Shown: positions 26,612-35,920, counted from the stretch's first letter. The stretch: DNA of 64,000 bases from a virus (IMGVR_UViG_3300015245_000002:19745-83744); one strand, 5' to 3'. The notes: a model not told the origin generated them from the sequence alone. Program-made: numbers and translations.

Positions 26612-27062
26612 TCGACGTCGACGTCGACGTCGACGTCGACGTCGTGTCGCCGTCGGGCCCATGGTGGACGCCGGAGCGCGAGCAGGCGTTCGTCCTGACG
26701 CTCCAGGGTGTCCCGCAGCACCAGGTCGCGGCCGAGCTCCAGCGTGACCGCCACACGGTTGCGCGGTGGGCGGAGGACGATCGCTTCACGCAGCGGCTGT
26801 TCGACGAGAACGCGTCGCGGTTCAAGGCGTCGCGGCAACGCCGGGCGATGCAGACCCTGCGGCTCACGGACAAGGCGGAGCACCTCGCGACATCGCCGCT
26901 CTGCAAGCAGTTCGCTCCGTGGTCGCCGACGTCTTCCAGTACCCGCGGATCGCACTGCAGCGGCACAACGGCAACGTGCTGGCGATCTACCCGATCGGCG
27001 AGAGCAATGAGAAGTACGAGTTGAACAGCCTGCAGATCGTGATGTCACGCCGGCGGATCTGA
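26608..27062 (+). pseudogene. Degenerate HTH protein (terminase-small-subunit-like N-terminus), chimeric 3' end
   Basis: GVPQHQVAAELQRDRHTVARW...F HTH; frame break near 26890. Confidence 0.4.
26614..26643. repeat. (GACGTC)5 palindromic hexamer tandem repeat
   Basis: Direct reading; encodes DVDVDVDVDV. Confidence 0.95.
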
Positions 27063-27135
27063 CTTTTATGGAGCGTCACCACGGGCTCGGTGGTCGACAT
27101 CGATGCAGTCGGACGCCTAGCCGGCCGTGCTCTTC

Positions 27136-27876
27136 CTATTGCACTGTCTCGTTACAGTGCGTGATCGCGAACGTCCCCGTGCCTGACGTCACCGCCTCGT
27201 AGTAGTGCCCCGCTGGCACGTCGTACTCGAGAGACCACGGCGTGGTCACGCCGACTCCGATCCCGAGCGTCACGGCGCAGGACTGGTTATCGCGTACCGT
27301 GGTCGGCGTCGTCGCGCTGTCCGATCGAAGCTCCACCGTACCGCTCGCAGTCACCGTCGAAGTCCACGTACCGCTCACGCGCACCCGCGTCCCGCGGCTA
27401 TCGCTGCGCACCGCCGATGGGTTGCGGGCCGTGTTCAGCGCCAGAGACACCGAGGTCCCGGCCGTGGCCTGTGCGCACCTCGAGCTCGCATCAGGCACTG
27501 CGGTTATGGCCGACGCCACGTCGGCGAACGTCGGTAGCGCTTGTACCGCGGTCAATAATGCCTGGTTCCCGAAGTCGGGATCCCCGATCTCGTTGAGTGC
27601 CGCGTTGGCCTGGTTGTTGGTCGAGATCAGATCTGACGCGTTTGCCAACCAGCCGGTAAGGCTCAGATTTGAGCTGTCGTACTGTCCCGTGCCTGAGCCC
27701 GCGGAGACGCCAGCGACGTGCTTGATCAGCACGCCCGGCGGCTCGCCGGTGGGCCATGCCGCACCGTCGCCGTAGGCGTCCAGATCGACGGTACTGGCGC
27801 CGATCGCCGTGACCCTGGCTCCGTGCCAACGGCCGGAGGCGGACTGATATCTGATTGCGTCACCAATGGTAGGCAT
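27136..27876 (-). CDS. Putative virion-associated protein outside the structural module
   Basis: Ala/Thr/Gly/Ser-rich, beta-rich C-terminus; late-promoter-like TGGCCCC exactly 36 nt before ATG. Confidence 0.55.
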   Translation of the reverse strand: MPTIGDAIRYQSASGRWHGARVTAIGASTVDLDAYGDGAAWPTGEPPGVLIKHVAGVSAGSGTGQYDSSNLSLTGWLANASDLISTNNQANAALNEIGDPDFGNQALLTAVQALPTFADVASAITAVPDASSRCAQATAGTSVSLALNTARNPSAVRSDSRGTRVRVSGTWTSTVTASGTVELRSDSATTPTTVRDNQSCAVTLGIGVGVTTPWSLEYDVPAGHYYEAVTSGTGTFAITHCNETVQ

Positions 27877-27913
27877 GCCACTGGGGTAACGCTGGGGTAG
27901 TCAGCGGGGCCAT

Positions 27914-28084
27914 TCACCGGGCGCGGCGCGCCGCGGCGAGTAGTTCGTCTCTGATCCAGTCCGAGGCCGTTGCGCCGGCGGGAACCGCTGCGGCGAGCTC
28001 TTGCTGCTCCTCGGGAGAGACTCGCACAGTGGGCAGACGCCGGCTGCGTGCGGATCCGGTAACCGGGGGTCGCCCGGACCTCAT
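27914..28084 (-). CDS. Ribbon-helix-helix DNA-binding protein
   Basis: GRPP...PTVRVSPEEQQEL.AA..G...SDWIRD.LL. Confidence 0.72.
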   Translation of the reverse strand: MRSGRPPVTGSARSRRLPTVRVSPEEQQELAAAVPAGATASDWIRDELLAAARRAR

Positions 28085-28605
28085 GGAATCACCGCGCAGC
28101 AGAAGATGGGCCACCATCCTCGCTCCTCGAGCCGGACCCAATCGAATGGCTCACCGCCGCGGCGCGCCGGCACCGGGCGGTGCTCGGCGATCACGTCCAC
28201 GTAGATCCGGCGCGGCTCGGGGTTCGTCACCACGACGCGTGTACCCACGGGATCGGACGGAAGCGCCGTCCGCAGTCCGGGCGCCGGTGTTGCGTCGGGC
28301 AACTGTCGCGTCAACCCGCATGTCGTGCACGGATACGCCGTCGAGCCGTGACCGCGTTGTGTGGTGGGTCCGCGTACGCAAGGCGCGCCACATGGAGCGC
28401 TGTGCCGGGCGATACAGCGATACTGCGGGTGCGGAGTCATCAGGCCATCGTAGTACTGCACATGCTCCTGGGTGAGGCCACAGCCATCGCAGGGGCGGGT
28501 AACGATCTCGGTGGTGCGCACGCAGCGCTGACACACGAGATCGAGATCTCGGAGCGGCGTGCAGGTACCGGGCTCGCCGCAGAGCTGGCATCCGCGGGGC
28601 TTCAT
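28081..28605 (-). CDS. Cys-rich Zn-finger protein
   Basis: Multiple CxxC pairs; ATGA overlaps. Confidence 0.55.
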   Translation of the reverse strand: MKPRGCQLCGEPGTCTPLRDLDLVCQRCVRTTEIVTRPCDGCGLTQEHVQYYDGLMTPHPQYRCIARHSAPCGAPCVRGPTTQRGHGSTAYPCTTCGLTRQLPDATPAPGLRTALPSDPVGTRVVVTNPEPRRIYVDVIAEHRPVPARRGGEPFDWVRLEERGWWPIFCCAVIP

Positions 28606-28823
28606 GAACCGATCGCCTTGACGCAGAGCGCCCGGGCGACCTCGTCGGAATCGACGAGCGCGGGGTAGATACCGAGCGCCTCGAGAGCGGCCCGATGCTC
28701 TCCGACCTCAGCGATTTCCGGCCACTCGGTTAGTGCCACGTTGCAGATCGCGACCTGGAGATGGTCACCAGCGATGTTGGCTTCTTTGCGGAGTGTGCGG
28801 ATCTGGTCGTCGGTGATGTTCAT
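28602..28823 (-). CDS. Small leaderless early protein (ITxxQI-LR-EA-GD-QV-C-AL domain)
   Basis: ATG 28823 six nt after -10 box. Confidence 0.65.
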   Translation of the reverse strand: MNITDDQIRTLRKEANIAGDHLQVAICNVALTEWPEIAEVGEHRAALEALGIYPALVDSDEVARALCVKAIGS

Positions 28824-28829
28824 GCTTCT

Positions 28830-28858
28830 ACTGTACGCACAGAAGTGGGCCTCGTCAA
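28830..28858 (-). promoter_or_regulatory. Strong sigma70-type leaderless promoter (second copy)
   Basis: TTGACG-17-TACAGT-6-ATG; shares CACTTCTGTRCGTACAGTA with the 22950 promoter. Confidence 0.8.
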
Positions 28859-28881
28859 GCCCAGTCAGCCGGAGGCCCGCC

Positions 28882-29226
28882 TTACCGCTTCGCGGCAGCA
28901 TTTGCCACGGCAGTTAGCCATGCGCTCACTGCCGAGTGGCCGGCGCGCTTCGTCGCCCCGGCCCATGCCTTGAACTGCAGCGGATCGGGGCGCAGTTGCA
29001 CTGCCTTGCGCGCAGCGGTGGCCAGGCGCGGCTGTCGCCGCACCAGCAGACCGACATCAGCCTCTGCCATGGTCCACGTGCCATCGGGCTCGCGTCGCGC
29101 TGGCACCCTGCCGCGGGTTACGAGCGTGTGTGCATGGGACCGGGATATACCTTGGGCTCGAGCCGCGGCGACGAGGGTAACGCGGCCGAGCGGAGCGGTT
29201 GCAGGTGGTCGGCCTCGTGGGATCAC
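28882..29226 (-). CDS. Excisionase/MerR-like HTH plus RHH-like regulator
   Basis: TLVAAARAQGISRSHAHTLVTRGRVPARR..G.W; C-terminal VQLRP...W..A....G...VSAWL. Confidence 0.6.
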   Translation of the reverse strand: MIPRGRPPATAPLGRVTLVAAARAQGISRSHAHTLVTRGRVPARREPDGTWTMAEADVGLLVRRQPRLATAARKAVQLRPDPLQFKAWAGATKRAGHSAVSAWLTAVANAAAKR

Positions 29227-29762
29227 TTGTTGCCTCGCAGACATGCCAATGCATTGTACAAGCCGCTCACAGAGCACCCCTCGAACTTGGAGGCAGACGA
29301 GATCGACACGCGGCCCTCAACGACTTGTTTTACGGCTCGTGCGATCGCTGCATGGCGGTCTGCAGCTCGCAGCTGGCCAAGCGTGGGAGACTCACTATAC
29401 GTTCGTCTCCATTCGAATCGAACGGCCTGGCGTGTGACGCCGAAGCGCTGGGCTGCTGCGAGCGGTGTGCAGCCCTGATCGAGCATCCATTCGACAGCGC
29501 GCTGTGATGGAGATCTGGAATGGCAAATGCCCATTCGCCGGCCCGATGTTTTGACTCCTGGGTAGATCAGCGACCATGCCGCATATACCGAATGGTCCGA
29601 TACCGGAACGCCGGTAATTTCGGACAGGTCACGCGCTGCCTGCACGAGCTTCACCCCAGCGATCATCGCGTAGTGCGCTGCGACCCGAGACAGAGCGGTA
29701 GCTGGTGGCGTCAGCGGTGCGCGCGGTCGACCCGCTCCGGCACGGCGTCCGCCGCGGGTCAT
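29223..29762 (-). CDS. Multi-HTH DNA-binding protein (paralog 3)
   Basis: RGGRRAGAGRP arm; aligns by eye with 9026..9826. Confidence 0.7.
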   Translation of the reverse strand: MTRGGRRAGAGRPRAPLTPPATALSRVAAHYAMIAGVKLVQAARDLSEITGVPVSDHSVYAAWSLIYPGVKTSGRRMGICHSRSPSQRAVEWMLDQGCTPLAAAQRFGVTRQAVRFEWRRTYSESPTLGQLRAADRHAAIARAVKQVVEGRVSISSASKFEGCSVSGLYNALACLRGNK

Positions 29763-29992
29763 GGGCGCAACGCCTGCAATATGAGCTTGCGCAGGTCACC
29801 CAGCGACAGCCGCGGGAAGATCTGCCGCAGGAGTTTGACGGCGTGCGTTTCGCCGATGTCAATGTCACGTGGACTGTATCCGACGTCAGCGAGGACCATG
29901 CGGGCCAGCTCGACCATCTGGGAGTGCGTGTAGGACACGGTCTCGCCGCGCTCGTTGATGTGGTAGTAGGGCTTGAGGCCGACGGAGATCAT
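29759..29992 (-). CDS. Hypothetical phage protein
   Basis: 77 aa, ATGA overlaps. Confidence 0.5.
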   Translation of the reverse strand: MISVGLKPYYHINERGETVSYTHSQMVELARMVLADVGYSPRDIDIGETHAVKLLRQIFPRLSLGDLRKLILQALRP

Positions 29993-30240
29993 GGCGTCAC
30001 CGTCCTAGCCCGCCGCAGATCGTCGCGCATCGCATTTCGCTCACTCTGGACTCGAAGCAACAGCACGAACACCGCGTGGATGTGCTCGACGGCGTGTTTG
30101 GCCCAAGCGTCGGTCTGCGACAGGTAGCCCTTGGTGCCGGGGATTGGATCGGGTTCCATGTTCAGGGCTGACTCTGCGGAGATCAGCTCGCTGATTGCTC
30201 CGTTGACGGCGTCTTCGTGGTCGAAGTGTGGGGCGCTCAT
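29989..30240 (-). CDS. Hypothetical phage protein
   Basis: 83 aa, GGAG RBS. Confidence 0.55.
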   Translation of the reverse strand: MSAPHFDHEDAVNGAISELISAESALNMEPDPIPGTKGYLSQTDAWAKHAVEHIHAVFVLLLRVQSERNAMRDDLRRARTVTP

Positions 30241-30412
30241 GGCTTGCTCCAGTCATGGCCCGGATCTCGAGCTTTTGAAGCCAGCGAGAGCGTCACACCG
30301 AGGTCGCGCCGGGTCGGTCGAGACAGCATCACCTGCGTGGTCTCGTGATCGGCGAAGCGCCAGGTTTCGAGCGGGTCGCCGAGGATCAGCATGCCGTCGG
30401 GGTTGTCGTCGG

Positions 30413-30649
30413 TCACTTGGCCTCCTTGTCGTAGTACTCCACGTCCCACTCCTCGGCTGTCATCACCTTGGCGCAGATCGCGCACACGCGGGTCTGGCAT
30501 TCCGGTACGTAGCCAACGGCGGGCTCGAGGCACTGCGTCTCGAGGTGCAGCGTGCCGTAGTCGGGCTCGGGGGAGCTGACCTCGACCATCTCGCACTGCG
30601 TCGCGGTCGGCGCCACGTGCGGCTTGCCGATGTTGCTCTTGAAGCTCAT
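30413..30649 (-). CDS. Hypothetical Cys-containing protein
   Basis: 78 aa with CAIC. Confidence 0.5.
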   Translation of the reverse strand: MSFKSNIGKPHVAPTATQCEMVEVSSPEPDYGTLHLETQCLEPAVGYVPECQTRVCAICAKVMTAEEWDVEYYDKEAK

Positions 30650-30652
30650 TGG

Positions 30653-30844
30653 TCAGATCTCGATCTTGTTGGTTTTGTCGCGCCGACATGCGCGGCATTC
30701 GTGCGACAGCCTCTTTGCCGTATGGCATCCGGCGTGATGCGCGCACAGGTCGCACTTCTGGCCCTCATAGTCGAGCCCATGCTTGCCCGTCGGGCACATT
30801 CCGCTCCATGGCTTGCTGGACGACTTTGCGTACGGCTTGCTCAT
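30653..30844 (-). CDS. Small Cys/His-rich protein
   Basis: 63 aa, CPTGKH, CDLC, CRAC. Confidence 0.5.
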   Translation of the reverse strand: MSKPYAKSSSKPWSGMCPTGKHGLDYEGQKCDLCAHHAGCHTAKRLSHECRACRRDKTNKIEI

Positions 30845-31058
30845 GGCGTGAGGCTCCGCCCGAGCATGTCGTCGAGCATGATGCGGGATTCGCGGTCAAG
30901 TGAGTCTCCGATCGACCGCATCACGATGATGGTGCGGCCCGCTCGCCTCGCAGCCTCATGACTGCTCTTGTCGTCCGCCAGGGTCCGGACAAACTCCGCC
31001 GCCCAGACCATGCGCTCGCCGGGGGACAGCGTCCGGTCGTCCTCGATCCGGCGATCGG

Positions 31059-31343
31059 TCATGGGGTCTCCTTGCGCTTGATTGGGCGATAATCCAGGTA
31101 CCCTAGATCTGGCTCTAGGGCCAGCCCGAGGCGCTCTGCCACGATACGGCAGAGTTCCGCATGACTCGCCATCCGGATCATGGCGCAAGCATCTCTCTCG
31201 ATAATGCCAGCGCCAACGTATTCGTGCCGCTCACGGAGTCGATGTGCAGCGGCTAGCCGCTGGACAGCTTCGGCTGAGGAGTGTGAATAAGCGCGTTCCC
31301 GCTCGTCGTACGTGGCGAGCTTCAGTAGGTCTCGTTCGGTCAC
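31059..31343 (-). CDS. Hypothetical phage protein
   Basis: 94 aa, GGAG RBS, overlaps. Confidence 0.5.
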   Translation of the reverse strand: MTERDLLKLATYDERERAYSHSSAEAVQRLAAAHRLRERHEYVGAGIIERDACAMIRMASHAELCRIVAERLGLALEPDLGYLDYRPIKRKETP

Positions 31344-32038
31344 TTGTTATCTCCATTGCGGGCCTCGGCGCGGGTCGCGAGGCCGCCATCGCGCTTGAGG
31401 ATGGAGACCAGGCGTCGTCCACCATCGTGGCTGTCAACCCAATGCGCTCGTCCGGCATGAATCACCCGGATCGCGGTCGCGAAGTAACACGGCTCCTCCA
31501 CTTGGGCACCGGACGGCAGAGCGCCACGCAACCACGCCGCGAGGGGCGGAGCCCACCCACCCGATCCTCCGTCGAGCATACGGATCAGGCTGATGCTGAT
31601 GACCTCGGCGCAGATACGCCGGGCCTCGGAGCGCGTTGCCGGTGCGCCATTCCATGGCCACACGAGATCCGTGACGTCACCGTTGCCATCGACGTCCTGT
31701 GTCTCCCATCGGGAGAGTGCGAGATCGCAGCACTCAACCTGACGATCGTCGCCATCCTCCACGGCTGCCTCGCGTAGTCTGACGATCTCCGCGACGGTGA
31801 TCTCGATCTCCATCTTGCGCGCGATGGCGCCGTCGGGACGGGCGGTGTCGATGTTGCCGATGAGGTCGACAACGGCGCTCTCGTCGCAGGGAGCGAAGCA
31901 CCACTCGTCCACGACCGACGCGATACGCCCAACCGCCCACCCCTCACCTGCGAGCGCCGCGGTACAGAGGTGCGCGAAGTCTATCTCGTTGTTGGTAACT
32001 GCGAAGCTGCGGAGGGACTCGATGGCCGTCTTATTCAT
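31340..32038 (-). CDS. Leaderless early protein with two copies of the I-x-x-LR...C-x-x-AL domain
   Basis: TTGACA (32073-32068)-17-CATGGT-6-ATG promoter; internal repeat similar to 28602..28823. Confidence 0.65.
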   Translation of the reverse strand: MNKTAIESLRSFAVTNNEIDFAHLCTAALAGEGWAVGRIASVVDEWCFAPCDESAVVDLIGNIDTARPDGAIARKMEIEITVAEIVRLREAAVEDGDDRQVECCDLALSRWETQDVDGNGDVTDLVWPWNGAPATRSEARRICAEVISISLIRMLDGGSGGWAPPLAAWLRGALPSGAQVEEPCYFATAIRVIHAGRAHWVDSHDGGRRLVSILKRDGGLATRAEARNGDNK

Positions 32039-32149
32039 GCCATCACCATGCCCCTCCCCGAGCCTCTTGTCAACAACGGACCGAATGAAACTATGCTTAC
32101 GGTGCTATTCGCCTCCCCCGCCGGGCCCACCGCATGCTCGCGATCGAAC

Positions 32150-32542
32150 ATGCCAACCGATCCTCCTACCATCAACTTCGACGCTGTGACCCGCAACCCG
32201 GTATACGCTGAGGTCGTCGTGACCGCGAACGCGGTCGATCCGGCCACTGGAAGCAACCCCGGCTCGATCGACACTTCGACCACGCTCACGTTCGATTTCC
32301 TCCAAGGGGGGCCGGGCCCGGCCCCCGCCGCGGTGAATATCACCGAGATCGGGCAGGCGGCCGGGGCCCGAGTCCTGCGCTTCGCGCCTGGCATCACCAC
32401 GAGCGGCCAGCCCTGGAGCGTGCGAGTTTCCGCTGCGGGTCGCACCGGGACCGTGACGTTCAGCGGGACCACGCCTGCGCCGGCTGACGTCAGCGGTGTG
32501 AGCTGGAACGGTGTCGGGCCGCAGGTCACGCCGCCCGCGTGA
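32150..32542 (+). CDS. Ig-like beta-sandwich protein, putative virion decoration
   Basis: Thr/Pro/Gly/Val-rich all-beta pattern; late-promoter-like TCGCCTC-17-CATGCT upstream. Confidence 0.5.
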   Translation: MPTDPPTINFDAVTRNPVYAEVVVTANAVDPATGSNPGSIDTSTTLTFDFLQGGPGPAPAAVNITEIGQAAGARVLRFAPGITTSGQPWSVRVSAAGRTGTVTFSGTTPAPADVSGVSWNGVGPQVTPPA

Positions 32543-32830
32543 TCGCCCTTATGCTCGCGCTGGCCACTGGGCGTATCCCGTGCTCGTCGGCGCAGCGGAC
32601 CGCGGCTGTGTGGTGGATACGCGTGCGCGGTCCTGTGCTATCCTGATCTCAGGGTGCAGTCCGCCATAGGAGCGATGGGAGATCCATCGACCGCCGACCC
32701 CGATGTTGGGATGTGCGTCGGGGAGTTCATTGAACAGCGGACACCCGACTTATCTAGTTCCGTACCGCGTGTGTCGAGAGCGCTCGAATGGTGTACAGTG
32801 ATCGTCATGGGTGAGTTCAACCCCGTGCAC

Positions 32831-33461
32831 GATGCCTGCTGAGAAGCTTTCGTACCTGGACCGCAAGTCCATCGGGCGCTGTGTGCAGGATGGCTGCGAC
32901 AGGGAGGCGGCACCCGACATCAACAGGTGCATCATGCACCATCGGCGTGCGCTGAAGTCAGCCGCGGAGTCTGCGGCTCGCAGGCGCGAGGTGAGGCTAG
33001 CCGACGGCCTGTGCGTGAGGTGTCCGGTCGGCAATGTCAGGAAGGTCTGGCCGGCTACTAGTGACACCTGTTTGGCCTGTCGAGTCCTGCGCCGCAGGAT
33101 CAGAAAGGCCGACGGTACGCGCGATAAGGAGCTAGATAGGGACGCCGCCATCGCCGCGGCTACCCGCACCCACGAGGACGGACGAACTCGCTACCATGGT
33201 CAGGGCAAGCGCGGGCAGCAACCCCAGGCGCAATTGAACCGACAGGATATCGGCATGGCGCGCCGAGCAATCGACGCCGGCGAACAGGGGCTCGAGCTCC
33301 TCGAGACCGAGGAGGTCAGGGCGCTGCCGCGGATTCAACGGAGTGACGTCAAGCAAGCCGCGGCGCATCAATTGGATCGAGCGACACGGCACATCGACGA
33401 TGTGCTCGAGCGGCTGGGACATTTTGGAAAGAAACACGGACGTAGAACAGGTGACGAATGA
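32831..33461 (+). CDS. Basic Zn-finger protein
   Basis: GRCVQDGC...C..H, GLCVRC...CLAC; ATG 32831. Confidence 0.6.
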
Positions 33462-33820
33462 GCGCCGCACGTCCGGGTCGCCCCGTCTCCGTGTACACAC
33501 GAAAGCGCGTCCTGGAGCGCCTGCGTCGTGCTCGATTGCGCATCGCACGTCAGTGTGTGGGGTGTGCTGCGCCGGTCGAGGCTGGGTGCTTATGTGACAC
33601 CTGCGCTGGCTTGAGTCGTGCCTCGCAGGCCAAAACAGCGCACCGGAGACGGCAGCTCAGGGTCTGCCGCGAATGCGGCAAGCGGCGCACGGAATTCGGC
33701 TTTACAAGGTGCTCCAACTGCCGTGAGAAGCGAGCGCTGGTCCCGAGCAGACAGCCAGCCGCGCGGCGGCTTGAAGGCGAACGCAGGAAGCGGCAAGGCC
33801 GCAAGACAGGAGACGAGTAG
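33458..33820 (+). CDS. Arg-rich tandem Zn-finger protein
   Basis: CVGC..CDTC, CREC..CSNC. Confidence 0.6.
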   Translation: MSAARPGRPVSVYTRKRVLERLRRARLRIARQCVGCAAPVEAGCLCDTCAGLSRASQAKTAHRRRQLRVCRECGKRRTEFGFTRCSNCREKRALVPSRQPAARRLEGERRKRQGRKTGDE

Positions 33821-34279
33821 ATGAGCGAAGACACCGATCCCCACCGTCGCCTCGCCACGGAACTGGCCGGCCCACTCGAGACGAGCACGGTCGGGATTCC
33901 GATCATGCGGGCGCCGTCGCCCGAGATGACGCCTGATATAAAGCGCAAACTTGCGGCGATTCGTGCCTCGGCCGGCCCGCTGCTCGGCGTGCTGAACGAC
34001 GGGGCATGGACCGAGCTCGCCGCCGCAGTGGCCGACGTCCCGCCTGGCGCTGTCAGCAGCGACGCCCCGGCGTGGTTGATCCGGCTGCACAGCGCTGCGT
34101 GCGATGTGGTCGGGAAGGAGAGCATCGCCCAAGGCGATGTCGTCTACCTGTGTTCGGGTGGACCGGCGATGACGGTGGAGTTCATCGCCGGTGGCCAAGC
34201 GCTGTGCGCATGGGGGGATGACACGACGACGGAGTACGCCAAATTCTCCGTCGTCGCGCTGACCAAGGTCAGGCCGTGA
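33821..34279 (+). CDS. YodC/DUF2158-domain protein
   Basis: GDVVYLCSGGPAMTV......C.W........F....L C-terminal signature. Confidence 0.72.
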   Translation: MSEDTDPHRRLATELAGPLETSTVGIPIMRAPSPEMTPDIKRKLAAIRASAGPLLGVLNDGAWTELAAAVADVPPGAVSSDAPAWLIRLHSAACDVVGKESIAQGDVVYLCSGGPAMTVEFIAGGQALCAWGDDTTTEYAKFSVVALTKVRP

Positions 34280-34479
34280 GCGCGGAGCGCTGGTGGCAGT
34301 GGCCAGCGTTTACGCTTTTGGCGCTCTTCACACTTCACGATGCGAGGATTCTCATCCGCAAGGCGTGGATCGCGCCGAAGACCACTGTGCCGATGCGCAA
34401 CATGGGGCAGCCGTTGATCTGGTCAACTGTGTGGGTCACGTTGACACTGGCCGTGGCGCTGACGATGGTGCCGAAGTGA
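34276..34479 (+). CDS. Small two-TM membrane protein
   Basis: Two hydrophobic segments, GTGA overlaps. Confidence 0.5.
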   Translation: MSAERWWQWPAFTLLALFTLHDARILIRKAWIAPKTTVPMRNMGQPLIWSTVWVTLTLAVALTMVPK

Positions 34480-34829
34480 GCACCAAGGTCCTCCGCGAAA
34501 CTCACCGCATCCCAGCGCTTCACGGTGGAGATGCGCTCGGTTCCTTCACGCTGCGACTGTACTGGGACACGCGGTCCGATGGTCGCGTAGGTTGGGTGGA
34601 GTTCGAACTGTTCGAGGTCGTTGGTACCGGCGGATCGCCGTCGCTCGACGGCGCCAGGGCAGTAGCCTCCGGCATGGTGGAGTGGGACGGATGTACGCAG
34701 TTCGAGGTGGCCAACGTTCATATCGAAGAGCTGTGCGATCTCGAGAACCTGTTCCACGGGATCCGCGAGACCCGGAAGCTATGCGCCAAGGCGATGGCGT
34801 GGAGCACGCGCAATTGGAGCGGAGTATGA
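34476..34829 (+). CDS. Hypothetical phage protein
   Basis: MSTKVLRETH..., G.V.WDGC motif. Confidence 0.55.
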   Translation: MSTKVLRETHRIPALHGGDALGSFTLRLYWDTRSDGRVGWVEFELFEVVGTGGSPSLDGARAVASGMVEWDGCTQFEVANVHIEELCDLENLFHGIRETRKLCAKAMAWSTRNWSGV

Positions 34830-35149
34830 TCTATGTTGAGCACTCTCGGTCTCATCGTGAGGCGTCCATGAAGCTTCCGCGGCACATCTCGATGCGCATC
34901 AGCCACAACCCGCACGCCGGCGACTACCAACCACTCGAGGAATGGCTACACCTGCAGATCTACTTGGAGGCCTGTGCCGGTTTCTCGCAGGATGAGTTCG
35001 TTTCTCCAGCCGATTTGGCCGAGATCCTGTCACGCGGCGAGGTGTGGGAGATCAACTGGAACCCGGACACGCCGGTCGGCTCGTGCACCGTGATCGCTGC
35101 AACGCTGGAGCGCGCGCTGGAACTGGCGTGCGCGGGAGACGATCTGTGA
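34826..35149 (+). CDS. Hypothetical phage protein
   Basis: HNPH...Y, W...W.PDTPVG motif. Confidence 0.55.
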   Translation: MIYVEHSRSHREASMKLPRHISMRISHNPHAGDYQPLEEWLHLQIYLEACAGFSQDEFVSPADLAEILSRGEVWEINWNPDTPVGSCTVIAATLERALELACAGDDL

Positions 35150-35440
35150 CCGTTCGCCGCTGCCCCCAGTGCTCCGCACCGCTTCGGCGTGATCTCCGCC
35201 ACCTGAACGGTGACGATTCTCAGTTCTGCGACCTCAACGAGACCGCGTTGGCCATGGACGTGCCGTGCTGATCTCCCTCCCCTGCGGCGCGACCTGGCTC
35301 ATGGACTCTATCCACCGCGGACTCCATGGCCTACCAACTCGGTTCACGCAGATCGGGGTGACAAGAGCTTCGCTGGAGCGAGTGATGACGATCGCGCCTC
35401 CAAATCGTCACCTCACCACCCCTACCAGTAAGCTGATCAA

Positions 35441-35920
35441 GTGACCGCAGACGGACGACGACGTAATGCCCGCAATTTTGTGGCCGGTAAGGGCAACCCG
35501 CATTGGGAGAAAGGCAAGAGCCAGAACCCCGGCGGCAGGCCCAAGGCCGACAAGGTGATGCGGCAGATGATCGCCAGCGAGACGTGCAACGGCCGCGAAC
35601 TCGCGGCCTATGCTCTTGGCGTGATGCGCTCCACCAATACGGTCAAACTCAAGGACGACACCGTGTACAAGTTCACGGATTTGCCAACCGACGGCAAGAG
35701 CCGGAACTACGCCCATGACTGGCTCACCGTGCGCGTGGCCGGCAAGGCGCCGTTAGTCGTGACGGTCGAGGCGCACGAAAGCGATGCCGAGTCGCCCGTG
35801 AACTTCGATGCGCTCACCGATGCGCAGCTCGAAGCGCTCGAGGCGCTCGATCGCGCCTCGGAGCCCAAGCCGGATGTGCCCGATGAGGACGCTGTACCCG
35901 CCGCAGACGGCCAGAACTGA
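35441..35920 (+). CDS. terS: Terminase small subunit (DUF5681-like)
   Basis: WEKGKSQNPGGRPK motif, C-terminal FDALTDAQLEAL; directly before terL. Confidence 0.8.
   Translation: MTADGRRRNARNFVAGKGNPHWEKGKSQNPGGRPKADKVMRQMIASETCNGRELAAYALGVMRSTNTVKLKDDTVYKFTDLPTDGKSRNYAHDWLTVRVAGKAPLVVTVEAHESDAESPVNFDALTDAQLEALEALDRASEPKPDVPDEDAVPAADGQN

Noticed and set aside
24025-30844. Other small Cys-rich ORFs as additional RiPP precursors
   Set aside because: They have CxxC Zn-binding spacing and lack the LxL...GG leader.
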